Source of the DNA: an uncultured Candidatus Saccharibacteria bacterium
GTDB lineage: Bacteria; Patescibacteriota; Dojkabacteria; J137
NCBI GenBank assembly: GCA_965230975.1
Contig: OZ246402.1
Location: forward strand, 309,304-373,303
Direction of reading: 5' to 3'
Length of the DNA stretch: 64,000 nt
Under the pieces are notes generated by a model that searched no databases, was not told where the DNA came from, and worked only from the letters and a program-made list of their open reading frames with translations. Positions 48,960-59,204 of the stretch are shown here, piece after piece. Both the position numbers and the translations under genes were made by a program. Position 1 is the stretch's first letter, and the number at the start of each line of letters is the position of its first letter.

Positions 48960-49069
48960 CCCTTCTACAAAGATTTTATAGCTATACTTCAAATCATAAA
49001 TTTGAAAACAACAACTTATTAACATATACTATAGTCGCACAAACTATTTAAACTGTTAAAAATTTTTGT

Positions 49070-50398
49070 ATGGCAACGCCAAAAACAGAAGAAAAATCTT
49101 TACCCACATCACCTTTGCTAAACGCACAACCACCAAAAACAAGAAGCACTATAAATCTAAATAAAATGGAAGAATCTAAGTTTACACATAGAAGTGAAAC
49201 TAAATCATCAGAAACAAGCTCCTTAAGAATAATTGCCTATGTAGCAGTTGTTATTGTGGTAGGAGTAGGCGCTGCATTATTGGCTAGGCAGTTAATGGCA
49301 AATAATAATACAGTAGTTGAAAGTGAAGATACTCAAGAACAAGAAACTAATACACAACCAGTTTCTTTCGCAACTTCAAGTTATTTGGTAGATACAATGG
49401 TTAAAAGTGATAGTAGTGCAACAAATAAACCAGAAAATTCAGATTTTAAAACATCATCTTTACTAAGCTTGGGCACAAATAATGTAAACATGGTAAGTGC
49501 AAGTTTAGATTCAATTTCGTATTCAAAATATCAAACTTTTGCTAGAACAACTTTTGTTATGAGTACTACTGAAAATAAGTTTCCAAAAACTAATATTTCG
49601 TATGACTCATCTAAAGATACTTTAAGTTTGGAAATAGTGGGTTTAGCAAATATTACAAGTGAATTAAAAGAAACAAAGAATATTAATGATATTGTTGAAA
49701 CGATCTCTTTTGATGAATCTACTGGAAAGTTTACCCTTCAGTTTTCTCAAACAAGCGTATATAGAGTATATGCAGTAGAAGATACATTGTTTGTAGATAT
49801 TAGAACAGAAGATGAATATACCTCTCAATCTAACGAAGAAACATCAACTTCAAATGAAGATACGGATACATCTAGTCAAACTGAAACTAATACAAATACC
49901 AATTCTGGTTCGACTACAACAACAGATTCAAGTAAACCAACTGCTCCTCATTATGAAAATGATTTTTCTCAAAACACACAATACGTTTCTAGCAAAGTTA
50001 ATACAAAATCAATTGCATTAAATAATTACTATACATGGGACGAAGGAACATTTTTTGAGTTTAGTTGGGCAGAAGAAGACAAAAAAGGAGATGATTATGT
50101 CCCAAATGCTAAGGCTTATTTAAAAGAAGAATCAGGCACAAATTATTTGTATATAGAAATTGAAAATCTAACAAGGGCAACATTGCCAGGTGGAATAACT
50201 GCAGAGGAGATCGCTACAAAAACGAGTGTGAATATGGCAGGTGCAAATTTTGTAGAATTAAGTTTGGTAGAATTTAACCAAACAACCGGAAAAGCTATTT
50301 ACAAGATTGAGTTAAAAAAGAAAGCTAATTTTCAATTATTAACTCAAGAAACATATTTGGGTGATACACAAATTCTAAGCGTACAAATTAAAGACTAA
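49070..50398 (+). CDS. Hypothetical membrane-anchored Ser/Thr-rich protein
   Basis: 442 aa. TM segment 'IIAYVAVVIVVGVGAALLA'. It has a low-complexity S/T/N linker. Confidence 0.5.
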   Translation: MATPKTEEKSLPTSPLLNAQPPKTRSTINLNKMEESKFTHRSETKSSETSSLRIIAYVAVVIVVGVGAALLARQLMANNNTVVESEDTQEQETNTQPVSFATSSYLVDTMVKSDSSATNKPENSDFKTSSLLSLGTNNVNMVSASLDSISYSKYQTFARTTFVMSTTENKFPKTNISYDSSKDTLSLEIVGLANITSELKETKNINDIVETISFDESTGKFTLQFSQTSVYRVYAVEDTLFVDIRTEDEYTSQSNEETSTSNEDTDTSSQTETNTNTNSGSTTTTDSSKPTAPHYENDFSQNTQYVSSKVNTKSIALNNYYTWDEGTFFEFSWAEEDKKGDDYVPNAKAYLKEESGTNYLYIEIENLTRATLPGGITAEEIATKTSVNMAGANFVELSLVEFNQTTGKAIYKIELKKKANFQLLTQETYLGDTQILSVQIKD

Positions 50399-50417
50399 AT
50401 ATCTTTTCTAATAAGAT

Positions 50418-50458
50418 AACCCCGGGAATTGTGAAAACTTTTCCCGGGGATTTTTTTG
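50418..50458 (+). terminator. Rho-independent terminator (convergent with recO)
   Basis: ccccggg ... cccgggg stem followed by T7. Confidence 0.6.
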
Positions 50459-50505
50459 CTTTCGTGTTGAGGAATTGGGTCAAATGCATTTACAGTGTGA
50501 TCGGT

Positions 50506-51240
50506 TTAAATTGACTTCATTAACAAATCAATTGACTTTAGCTTTTTTCCTAAAACTTGACTCAGCCAGTTTAGGTGAATTCTAAACATAGAATTAGAAA
50601 GTTCCTCTGTTAAATCTAATCTAAGTGCATTTTTAAGAGTAGAGTTTAATAAAAATCTTTGAGATTTATAAATCAATGGATTAACTTTATTATTTTGACT
50701 GGCTGCATCTTGCGTAACATAACCAATTGCATCTTCTGAAAAATAACCTTCACCCACTACAATCGGGTCTCCTGTATTTACATAATAATTTATTTCTGGA
50801 AGATTACCTGAAGCCTCTAAAACTTTAATAATAAAATAGGAAAGAATTAAAGTAATTTTTGAGGGTTCTGTATTCAATATCTCATTGAAAATAAGGTAAA
50901 TATGAGGGTCGGGATTCTCTTCAAAAGAAAAGTTATCTATAATTTCACAAATAAATTGAAGCGTTGTTATGGATTTTAAATCTGTTTTCCATTTGGCAAA
51001 TTCGTTCAATAAGTTAACCTCGGTAATCAGTGGGGTTGCATATCCACTTATCATACTTGCTTTTATTAAGTTGCCGATTTCTATAGAGTGGGCCTTTCTG
51101 CTATTTTGTTTTTTAACACCTTTAGCAATTGCAACAACCTTTTTCCCACTCTCATCTAAAATACTAACCACTTTATCTGTAGCGCCAGAATTATAAGTTC
51201 TATAGATTATTCCCTTTGTATTTTGAGAACGTGACGTCAT
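50506..51240 (-). CDS. recO: DNA repair protein RecO
   Basis: The N-terminal OB-fold 'GIIYRTYNSGATDKVVSILDESGKKVVAIAKGVKK' matches RecO (GIVL..R.YGE.D.I..L.T...G.......KGAR.). Confidence 0.7.
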   Translation of the reverse strand: MTSRSQNTKGIIYRTYNSGATDKVVSILDESGKKVVAIAKGVKKQNSRKAHSIEIGNLIKASMISGYATPLITEVNLLNEFAKWKTDLKSITTLQFICEIIDNFSFEENPDPHIYLIFNEILNTEPSKITLILSYFIIKVLEASGNLPEINYYVNTGDPIVVGEGYFSEDAIGYVTQDAASQNNKVNPLIYKSQRFLLNSTLKNALRLDLTEELSNSMFRIHLNWLSQVLGKKLKSIDLLMKSI

Positions 51241-51281
51241 AAATATCTTTTACTACTAATATAATAGCATTACAAATTGAT

Positions 51282-51572
51282 TTGGTGATGACAAAGAAAA
51301 TAAAGTATGAAATACTAGTGTTTATGTACGCGAGTCAACTAAATATTTTAAAAAATATCTTTTGGGAATTTGATATCTCTTTGCTTGATATTACTAAGCA
51401 TTCTGTATTTATTATAGAACGAACATTAGAAAAGGGGAGAGAGGAACATGTGAGTTCTCTTTTTAAAATATACTCAAAACACCAAATACAAAGTGTGTTA
51501 GAATCTTCAAATAACCTTAGCTTTAAAACTAAGAACTTTTGGAGTTTATTCTTTAAATATGCCCTTACATAA
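51282..51572 (+). CDS. Hypothetical small protein, overlapping the AbiEii-like gene by 14 nt (possible cognate partner)
   Basis: 96-aa ORF. No motif. Position and coupling suggest the partner of the downstream nucleotidyltransferase. Confidence 0.4.
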   Translation: MVMTKKIKYEILVFMYASQLNILKNIFWEFDISLLDITKHSVFIIERTLEKGREEHVSSLFKIYSKHQIQSVLESSNNLSFKTKNFWSLFFKYALT

Positions 51573-52191
51573 AAACACACTAAATACTCAAAGCTTTAAA
51601 CTTTTAGAAAATATAAATTCACACCCTAATTTTAAAAACTTTTATTTAGCTGGTGGAACTTCTTTGGCATTACAAATTGGCCATAGGGAATCAATTGATC
51701 TGGATTTTTTTTCAGGAGTTGAATTTCCTTTTAGCCTTATAGATTCTATTAAAAAGCCATATCAGGCTATATCTATTCATAACAACTCTATAGAAGCCGT
51801 TATGGATGAAACCAAGATTTTCTTTTTTTATTTTGCTTTCCCAAGGTTTAAAGATATTAAAATTATACAAGGAATAAGATTTGCAGACCCGATTGATATT
51901 GGATTAATGAAGTTACTAGCCTTGCAAGGCAGAACAACAAGAAAAGATATTATTGATTTGTTCTTTATAGATAAAGAGATAATCAATTTAGAAGATTTAA
52001 TGGAGATTTTCCAGTATCATTATCCTAAAGAGAAATTCAATTCAATAGACAGTATTAAAACATTGATTGACAGTAGTGTTCTAGATAGTCAGCCAATGCC
52101 TAAAATGCTTGTAGATTTTAATTGGGAAGAATCTAAAATTGTTGTAATTGAAAAGTTAATAAAATCTATATCTAAGTATTTAATAAAATAA
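51559..52191 (+). CDS. AbiEii/AbiGii-family nucleotidyltransferase (type IV toxin-antitoxin / abortive-infection toxin-like)
   Basis: 'FYLAGGTSLALQIGHRESIDLDFFS' matches the family signature GGTAL...R.S.DLDF. 210 aa. Confidence 0.6.
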   Translation: MPLHKNTLNTQSFKLLENINSHPNFKNFYLAGGTSLALQIGHRESIDLDFFSGVEFPFSLIDSIKKPYQAISIHNNSIEAVMDETKIFFFYFAFPRFKDIKIIQGIRFADPIDIGLMKLLALQGRTTRKDIIDLFFIDKEIINLEDLMEIFQYHYPKEKFNSIDSIKTLIDSSVLDSQPMPKMLVDFNWEESKIVVIEKLIKSISKYLIK

Positions 52192-52192
52192 T

Positions 52193-52780
52193 ATGAACAA
52201 TAGAGTAGAAAATAAAATCGTTTTATTTGAAAGTAAGGGTTCTAATTCAGACTCATTAAATTCAAATGATATTTTAATTGCGGAGTTTAATTATGCTATG
52301 CAAACAGCAAGCCAATCTAACGAAGATAGGGTTAAGATTTTTCAGTTTGTTGTGGCAAATATTTTAACAATAGCTGCAACGCTTTTCTTTTCAGAATTTG
52401 CACAAAGTGATTTTAAAAAGTTAATGGCATTTGTATTTGTCTTTTTTATGGTTTTTGGGGTTATATCGTTACTTCAGCTTTCTAGGTTAAGGCTGGCTTG
52501 GATAGATAGTGTAAAAGCGATGAATAAAATTAAGGATTATTATATTACTCAAAACGAATCTTTATCTGAGGCATTTTTGTGGAGAACAAGTACCATTCCT
52601 AAAGCTAAAAAAGATTTATCTTTGGCATATTTACTTGCACTATCTTTAATGATAATTAATGCTTTGTCTACAGGTATTGCTTTGCAGCTTATATTCTCAA
52701 ATTATCTAGTATCAATATTGGGTTCTTTTATAGCTTTTGTAGTTCAATTAGTTATTTGGAATAGAGTATTGGGAAAATAA
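52193..52780 (+). CDS. Hypothetical 4-TM membrane protein
   Basis: 195 aa. It starts 1 nt after the NTase stop. Confidence 0.45.
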   Translation: MNNRVENKIVLFESKGSNSDSLNSNDILIAEFNYAMQTASQSNEDRVKIFQFVVANILTIAATLFFSEFAQSDFKKLMAFVFVFFMVFGVISLLQLSRLRLAWIDSVKAMNKIKDYYITQNESLSEAFLWRTSTIPKAKKDLSLAYLLALSLMIINALSTGIALQLIFSNYLVSILGSFIAFVVQLVIWNRVLGK

Positions 52781-52782
52781 AT

Positions 52783-53322
52783 ATGAAGGAATCTTTCGAA
52801 GAAATGCTAAAAGGTGGTCATCCTAATTCTTTAGGTAGAACTTTGGAAGTTGTAGAAATAATTGAGAATGATCCCTCAAAACTTGAAGAATTGTATGGGT
52901 GTTATTTTAGTCAAGATGAGTTAGTAAGATTAAGAGTTTCCAACGGTATCAAAAGAATTTCGCGAGAACATAGAGAGTGGCTTATCCCGTATATAGATAG
53001 GCTTTTGAACGAAATATCTAAAATTGATCAAGCTTCTACAAAGTGGACTTTAGCCGAATTATTTAGAACATTAACAGAATTTATGAGTCCAGAACAATAT
53101 TCTAAATCTAAATCTATTTTGAAGCATAATCTAGAGAACGATAAAGACTGGATTGTAATTAACTGGACTATGCAAACTTTGGCAGAGTGGGCTGTTACAG
53201 AGCCTGATTTAAGAGAGTGGCTAAAGCCCAGATTAGTAAAGTTCTCTAAAGACAATCACAAATCTATTAGTGGTAGGGCAAAAAGATTATTAAATGAATT
53301 AAACTATTCTAATCTCCATTAA
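52783..53322 (+). CDS. Hypothetical soluble alpha-helical (HEAT/ARM-like) protein
   Basis: 179 aa. It starts 2 nt after the preceding stop. The family is unknown, with weak resemblance to DNA-alkylation-repair-like HEAT proteins. Confidence 0.4.
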   Translation: MKESFEEMLKGGHPNSLGRTLEVVEIIENDPSKLEELYGCYFSQDELVRLRVSNGIKRISREHREWLIPYIDRLLNEISKIDQASTKWTLAELFRTLTEFMSPEQYSKSKSILKHNLENDKDWIVINWTMQTLAEWAVTEPDLREWLKPRLVKFSKDNHKSISGRAKRLLNELNYSNLH

Positions 53323-54135
53323 TCTTTGTACTCTTTTTTCTGTAGATGGGTGTGTAGAAAATAATTCTGTAACACCACCACCTTTAAACGGATTCGATAT
53401 ATATAAAGATGACATTGCAGGGTTCCCTTGCTGTAAAGGTATTTGCCTTGATGCTTGGTCTATTTTAATTAGCGCATTTGCCAACCCATTTGGATTTTGA
53501 GTATATTTAGCTGCGGTTGCATCTGCCTCATATTCTCGGGACCTGGAAATAGCAAGTTGAATTAATGTTGCCGAAATAGGTGCTAGTATTAGAATTAATA
53601 AATCTACAATTGGACTTCTGTCTCTATCTCCACCTCCAAAGAATAAACCCAGCTGTGCTATTGAAGAGATTGCCCCTGCAATTACTGCAGCGACCGTTGC
53701 TATTAATACATCTCTATTTTTAATATGGGCTAATTCGTGTGCAATTACCCCTTCAATCTCTTCTTTACTTAGCATTTGAACTAAACCACTTGTAACGCAG
53801 ACAGAACTATTTCCAGGTCCCTTGCCTGTGGCAAATGCATTAGGTTGCATGTTTGGTGAAATGTATAGTTTTGGCATTGGTAAGCCCATTTTGCTGGTTA
53901 GTGATTCGGTTATTGAAAATATTTGAGGACTTTCATTTTTCGAAAGAGGTTTCGCACCATTCATCATTAATGCAATCTTGTCCCCAAAAAGATAGGCGAA
54001 AATGTTGGAGAAAATTCCAAAAAATAAAAATATTATTAAGCCACCTCTTCCGCTAATTAAATAACCAATAACGCCTAGAAGGGCAGTTAGCGCGCCAAAG
54101 AGAATGATTGTTTTGAATGTTGGTGAAAGTCTCAT
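53299..54135 (-). CDS. htpX: Protease HtpX (M48 family)
   Basis: 'HELAHIKNRD' zinc motif. N-terminal TM helices. 278 aa. Confidence 0.85.
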   Translation of the reverse strand: MRLSPTFKTIILFGALTALLGVIGYLISGRGGLIIFLFFGIFSNIFAYLFGDKIALMMNGAKPLSKNESPQIFSITESLTSKMGLPMPKLYISPNMQPNAFATGKGPGNSSVCVTSGLVQMLSKEEIEGVIAHELAHIKNRDVLIATVAAVIAGAISSIAQLGLFFGGGDRDRSPIVDLLILILAPISATLIQLAISRSREYEADATAAKYTQNPNGLANALIKIDQASRQIPLQQGNPAMSSLYISNPFKGGGVTELFSTHPSTEKRVQRLMEIRIV

Positions 54136-54227
54136 ATTGTATAAATTTAGATCTAAAGTATAGGTCTAATTAATATTATACAAGAGTTAGCAGTTAGTAA
54201 TCAAGAGTGATAATACGAGATCTAATG

Positions 54228-54479
54228 TCATGGCCCGCCTAGCATAAACGTACTAATAGATATTACTGCTTCATAGTTACCTTCGATAAATGCCTTCCAG
54301 CAAGCTATTACAATAATGGAGTTTACTATGCAAAAGAGTATAATCTTTACCTTAGTTTTAATAAGTTCTTCTCGTTTATGTGCATTTTTGATTTGCTCAC
54401 TTCTTATGAAATCGTTATTGAGCGTTTTTATCTCTATCTCTTTTTTCACTTCTCTTACGCTTTTTTTTACTTTAGACAT
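54228..54479 (-). CDS. Hypothetical small membrane protein
   Basis: 83 aa. A basic N-terminus is followed by the TM segment 'IILFCIVNSIIVIACW'. Confidence 0.35.
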   Translation of the reverse strand: MSKVKKSVREVKKEIEIKTLNNDFIRSEQIKNAHKREELIKTKVKIILFCIVNSIIVIACWKAFIEGNYEAVISISTFMLGGP

Positions 54480-54669
54480 ATTTTCTATTTAATCTTGTTC
54501 TATGTCCCGAGTCTTCTTACATTCTCTAAATTTGTCAATAGACAACAAAAAAGCCAGAACATTTTACTTCTGAATAAAATCCATAAGTATGGTTGTTCTA
54601 GCTTTTACTATTCCCTTATTTAAGGGTTATTGAATTGTATCGTAGAATTTTTAAAAGGTAAAGTCTTTT

Positions 54670-55128
54670 TTATAAAGGCATATCTAATCTTCTTACAACT
54701 GCAGTTACAAAAGCTCTGTTTCTAGAACCTGTTAATGCTGTAAATAAGAATTCTGGTAAATGCGATGTATGAGTGTCTTGCAAGTACTCTAGTATAAATC
54801 TTACAAGCATGTGTAATTCTAATTCAATCTTATCTTTTTTAACGCCTTCGATAAATTTAAAGAAATTTTCAATATCACCACACATTAAATAAAGTTCTGC
54901 ATTTTGGAACCCTGCTTGATCTTTATTTTCTAAAAGGTTGTCGATGTTAGCCTTAAAGCTTTCGTAGTCTTGAGTTACAGCAATTGTTTGTGGAATTTCT
55001 AAAGCATCTATACTATCAAGGTATTCTCGAATTGAAAGTTGCCCGGTGTAAATACTATCGTAAAGTCTTTCGAACTGAACTAAGAAGGATTTGTCAGCCG
55101 CTGTTAACACTACCTCATCTGCATCCAT
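54670..55128 (-). CDS. Hypothetical protein
   Basis: 152-aa ORF with an acidic N-terminus. No motif. Confidence 0.45.
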   Translation of the reverse strand: MDADEVVLTAADKSFLVQFERLYDSIYTGQLSIREYLDSIDALEIPQTIAVTQDYESFKANIDNLLENKDQAGFQNAELYLMCGDIENFFKFIEGVKKDKIELELHMLVRFILEYLQDTHTSHLPEFLFTALTGSRNRAFVTAVVRRLDMPL

Positions 55129-55218
55129 ATAAGGAAGTATAATAACTATTTGTGTTATTATACAACTTTTATTGTTTATTTTCCAGAAAATTCTGACAAA
55201 TCCTTGTGCTGTTGGCTT

Positions 55219-55935
55219 TTAGAACTCTAACGATTCTACAAATGAGTCACAAGCTTTAAGTCCAGATTCAGAGGTATTGTTACAAATTATCTGAAAAGAT
55301 TTCTCTTGAACACCATCTTTCTGATTACTTAGCACAGGTGATGCACATATCTTCGTTCCAGGTTTATCGCTACATGACATGTATCCATCTCCCTCAAAAA
55401 ACTTGTTTGTATAAAATACAGTGCCTTCTTCACTTTTTACTCTATAAATGTCTCCTAAAGCGGTGTCCTTATCAATAAGGATCCTTTCAGAGAAAGCGTA
55501 GTTAAAAGCTTCGTACGGTAGTCTAAGTGTAATGTCTAAGCTCTTCGAATCAGTGATATTAATACCCGTAAATGGTAATCCGTTAGTGTTCTTGATTTGA
55601 GTACCAAGGGCATCTTTATAGGTTAGCGCAGTAAAACTGGATGACGGAATGAAATTGTCTAGCGCCTCAATTACATAAGTTTTTCTAGTTTTTGTTTCCA
55701 CTGAAGTTTCAGGAGTACTTGGGTTAGGTTCACCAACTGCAATTCCATTTTGACCCTTGTCATCAAGTGCAATTGCTAAGTCACTTTCTAGTTTAAGAAT
55801 TTGAGAATTTAAGTCGTTTACTTTTAATGTATTTTGGAATTGAGCATTAGAAATATATGCTAGTAAGACTGCTGATGTTGAAAGGAAACCAAGGACAAGT
55901 ATAACTAAAACGAATATTAAGATGTTTTTCTTCAT
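55219..55935 (-). CDS. Hypothetical secreted/membrane-anchored protein
   Basis: 238 aa. Signal-anchor 'ILIFVLVILVLGFLSTSAVLLAY'. Confidence 0.5.
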   Translation of the reverse strand: MKKNILIFVLVILVLGFLSTSAVLLAYISNAQFQNTLKVNDLNSQILKLESDLAIALDDKGQNGIAVGEPNPSTPETSVETKTRKTYVIEALDNFIPSSSFTALTYKDALGTQIKNTNGLPFTGINITDSKSLDITLRLPYEAFNYAFSERILIDKDTALGDIYRVKSEEGTVFYTNKFFEGDGYMSCSDKPGTKICASPVLSNQKDGVQEKSFQIICNNTSESGLKACDSFVESLEF

Positions 55936-56002
55936 AGAATATATGTAAATTAATAACTATTAGTAATAGTTAGTGTACACAATACTTATTAGGAAATCTA
56001 GA

Positions 56003-57877
56003 TTATCTTATACCCATTTGCTGTTTAGCAAAGTCGGTAAGGTTTTCACGCCTTGCCCAGTCTCTTTGGGTCTTAGTTAAGAATTGCTTTCTTAACCTTA
56101 AATTTTGTGGAGTAATCTCTAAAATCTCATCTTTATTTAAGAATAGTAATGCAAACTCTAAAGTTAACGGTTTGATTGCCTTTAAAGATGTTTGTGTAAT
56201 TTCGTCGTGTTTCATTCTAACTGCAGACTTTTGTCTTTCCTTTACAGGGTTAACTTCTAAGTCGTTCTCGTATTTATGAATACCAATAATCATTCCTTCG
56301 TAAACTTGAGTACCTGGTTCTATAATTAAATCTCCTCTTTCTTGAATAGTATTTAAAGAATAACCCATTGCAACACCACTTTCAGATGAAAGTAGTACGC
56401 CTCTTCTAAACATCTCTTCTTGATGTGTATATGGAACGTAATCTAAAAGGAAGTTGTTAATAATCAAGTTACCTTTTGTTTCTGTTAAAAGTTTTGTTCT
56501 TAAACCTAGTAAGTTTCTGGTCAAAATTTTGTACATAAACTTAGCTTGATTAGAGCTATCGTCCATTTCAAGACTAACAAGTTCTGCTTTTCTTTCACTT
56601 AAAGCTTGGGTAACAGTGCCTTGATATTCTGTTGGAACTTCAATGTAAAGCTCTTCTAATGGCTCCATCTTTTTACCTTCAATCTCTTGCATAATAACTT
56701 CTGGTCTTCTTACCTGAAATTCGTAACCTTCTCTTCTCATTGTTTCTATAAGAATTGAAAGTTGAAGTTCACCTCTACCTGCAACGGTATATGCACCTCC
56801 ATCAAGTTTTGTAATTTTTAAAGAGATATTGCTTTCTGCCTCTCTATCAAGTCTTTCTTGTAGTTGTTTAGAAGAAACAAATTTACCTTCTTTACCCATG
56901 AATGGGGATGTATTAGCTTCGAATTTAATTTGAACAGATGGATTAGAGATTTTAATTTCTGATAACTTTTCTGGATTGTTACTAGAAGCTATAGTGCCTC
57001 CAATTGCATTAATATCAATTCCTGATACTCCAACAATATCTCCACTTGATGCTTGGTCAATGTACTTAAAACCAAGTCCATCTCTTGCTCTTATTAGTTT
57101 AACTCTACCACTTACTTTTTGATCTTTTATTAAAACAACAACGCTATCACCAATTTTTACACTTCCTCGTTTAATTTTACCTACCAAGAATTTTCCTTGA
57201 TGAGTATCTTGTTCTACATTTGCAATTTGCATTTGAAAGTCGCCCTCTTCGATTTTTGGAGAAGGGATTGTTTCTACAATTCCATCAAGTAATGGTCTAA
57301 TATCACCTGGAATAGAATTTGAAATAGTTAAATCTCCAGTTGGCATTTCTGTCCACGCTTTTCCCTCTCTTCCAATTGCATAAAATACAGGGAATTCAAG
57401 TTGAGACATATCTGTTGCTAATTGCAAGAATAAGTCGTTAACTTTGTCTAATGCCTTTGATGGATTTGCGAATTTCTTATCAATTTTATTTATTACAACA
57501 ATTGGTTTCAAACCTAGTTCTAAAGCCTTTTTTAATACAAATTTTGTTTGAGGCATTGTTCCTTCTTGTGCATCTACTAAAAGCAAACAACCGTCTGCCA
57601 TGGTTAAAGTTCTTTCAACTTCGCCTCCAAAATCTGCGTGGCCGGGTGTATCGATAATATTTATTTTGTGCCCTTTGTAATTAATTGCAATGTTTTTAGC
57701 CAAGATTGTAATACCTTTTTCTCTTTCAAGTTCGTTTGAATCTAAAATCATCTCTTGATTCATCTCTTCTTGATTATCTCTAAAGATGTTGCTTTGTTTT
57801 AAAAATGCGTCAACAAGAGTAGTCTTACCGTGGTCTACGTGTGCAATAATTGCAATATTTCTTATATTATCGTTCAA
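56003..57877 (-). CDS. typA: Translational GTPase TypA/BipA
   Basis: 'IAIIAHVDHGKTTLVD', 'DTPGHADF'. 624 aa with a BipA-type C-terminus. Confidence 0.9.
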   Translation of the reverse strand: MNDNIRNIAIIAHVDHGKTTLVDAFLKQSNIFRDNQEEMNQEMILDSNELEREKGITILAKNIAINYKGHKINIIDTPGHADFGGEVERTLTMADGCLLLVDAQEGTMPQTKFVLKKALELGLKPIVVINKIDKKFANPSKALDKVNDLFLQLATDMSQLEFPVFYAIGREGKAWTEMPTGDLTISNSIPGDIRPLLDGIVETIPSPKIEEGDFQMQIANVEQDTHQGKFLVGKIKRGSVKIGDSVVVLIKDQKVSGRVKLIRARDGLGFKYIDQASSGDIVGVSGIDINAIGGTIASSNNPEKLSEIKISNPSVQIKFEANTSPFMGKEGKFVSSKQLQERLDREAESNISLKITKLDGGAYTVAGRGELQLSILIETMRREGYEFQVRRPEVIMQEIEGKKMEPLEELYIEVPTEYQGTVTQALSERKAELVSLEMDDSSNQAKFMYKILTRNLLGLRTKLLTETKGNLIINNFLLDYVPYTHQEEMFRRGVLLSSESGVAMGYSLNTIQERGDLIIEPGTQVYEGMIIGIHKYENDLEVNPVKERQKSAVRMKHDEITQTSLKAIKPLTLEFALLFLNKDEILEITPQNLRLRKQFLTKTQRDWARRENLTDFAKQQMGIR

Positions 57878-57907
57878 TATCAGGCCTTTAAAAAGTAACT
57901 GGGTATT

Positions 57908-58867
57908 TTACCACTTATTGGCATTAAAAGCACTTCTATTATTGGTTTTGGGAGAATAGAATAGCTCTACAAGATTTATTAAGCTAATAGTGAAGCTAAT
58001 AAGAATTCCAATTAAAATCAGTAGGAAAACTAGACCTATAGATAGTGTATCCTGAGAGCTTAGCTTTTCAATTGACTGCAATTTATCTAAACTCAGGTTT
58101 AACATGCTTAAAACTATTATTGGAGATATGGTTATTGAATTGTGTAACATGTGCAGGTATATTGAATATTTAAGTCCGTATACAGATCTAATAAATGCAA
58201 ACAAAGCTCCGGCTAAAAGTTGTGGTGCAATTAAAAGTGGTATTAAAAACCAAACCTTTTGCAAGTCTGTATAGTTGCTAATGTGAGCAATACCAAATAA
58301 AAATATGCTTAAATATATTAAGACTCTAAAATGTTTTGTGTACCATGATTGGATTTTCTCTTTTTTTATTCGCTTTAAAACTATAAATGCGGATAGTGAA
58401 ACAAGTAGCGTCAAAAGTACTCTAGGTAATAGATCACTAAAAAAGTTTTGAGGTAAAAAAGAGGGTATTAATCCAATTAATAAACCAAGGTTTAATGCGG
58501 TTTTTATATTTGAGTATTTAAGACCAAGTCTAAAGGTTAGTTCTTCTGAAATCGGACCTATAAAGATTACTATTAGTATTATAAATAAGAGTGATTCTGA
58601 GCTAACTAATTGAGCCACGGCATTGTCTTGGGTATTAAACCCTGTAAATGAAAGGCTTATGGCAAGTATTATTCCTAGCAAAATTATTATTGAAAAAACG
58701 AAAGTGTATAACCTTATAGATAGAACTATCTTTTTTAAAAATGATGATTGGTCTATTAAGTCATATTTTGGTTTATACAAAAATTGTATAAATTTGAATA
58801 TCAAACTTTGTTTGTTAAGTTTAATCTTTTGAGAATTCTCCACCTTGTTGTCTATTTCTTTTTTCAA
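57908..58867 (-). CDS. CPBP-family (CAAX/Abi) intramembrane metalloprotease
   Basis: 'SEELTFRLGL' (EExxxR), 'FLFGIAHISNY' (FxxxH) and 'LHMLHN' motifs. Polytopic. Confidence 0.7.
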   Translation of the reverse strand: MKKEIDNKVENSQKIKLNKQSLIFKFIQFLYKPKYDLIDQSSFLKKIVLSIRLYTFVFSIIILLGIILAISLSFTGFNTQDNAVAQLVSSESLLFIILIVIFIGPISEELTFRLGLKYSNIKTALNLGLLIGLIPSFLPQNFFSDLLPRVLLTLLVSLSAFIVLKRIKKEKIQSWYTKHFRVLIYLSIFLFGIAHISNYTDLQKVWFLIPLLIAPQLLAGALFAFIRSVYGLKYSIYLHMLHNSITISPIIVLSMLNLSLDKLQSIEKLSSQDTLSIGLVFLLILIGILISFTISLINLVELFYSPKTNNRSAFNANKW

Positions 58868-59132
58868 TTTTTTTATCTAAATATTTTACAAGATTCTCTA
58901 CACCTAATCTTACTTCTGGGCTTAATTCTACATTTTGGGTGGCCAAAGCAAATTCTTGTAGGGCTGTTTTTGCCAAAAAATAATCAGTTTGTTCTCCATT
59001 CTCATTGCTGATTTGATAAAGAAAATTGCCAACTATTGCCAGGTTGCTAAATCTTTTCGTTGTTCCTTCGTCTGTCATGGTTGTTTTATAAAAGTTGAAT
59101 TTATTAATTATGATATAGAAAGTAGAGTGCAA
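58821..59132 (-). CDS. Hypothetical protein
   Basis: 103-aa ORF overlapping the CPBP gene start by 47 nt. The CPBP start may be at a downstream Met. Confidence 0.35.
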   Translation of the reverse strand: MHSTFYIIINKFNFYKTTMTDEGTTKRFSNLAIVGNFLYQISNENGEQTDYFLAKTALQEFALATQNVELSPEVRLGVENLVKYLDKKIEKRNRQQGGEFSKD

Positions 59133-59204
59133 TTGTCAATTTTAGCTTTTATTGCTTTTATGCTTTATTTATAAGAAAATTGAAGCTGTTTTAAATTTAA
59201 GATT

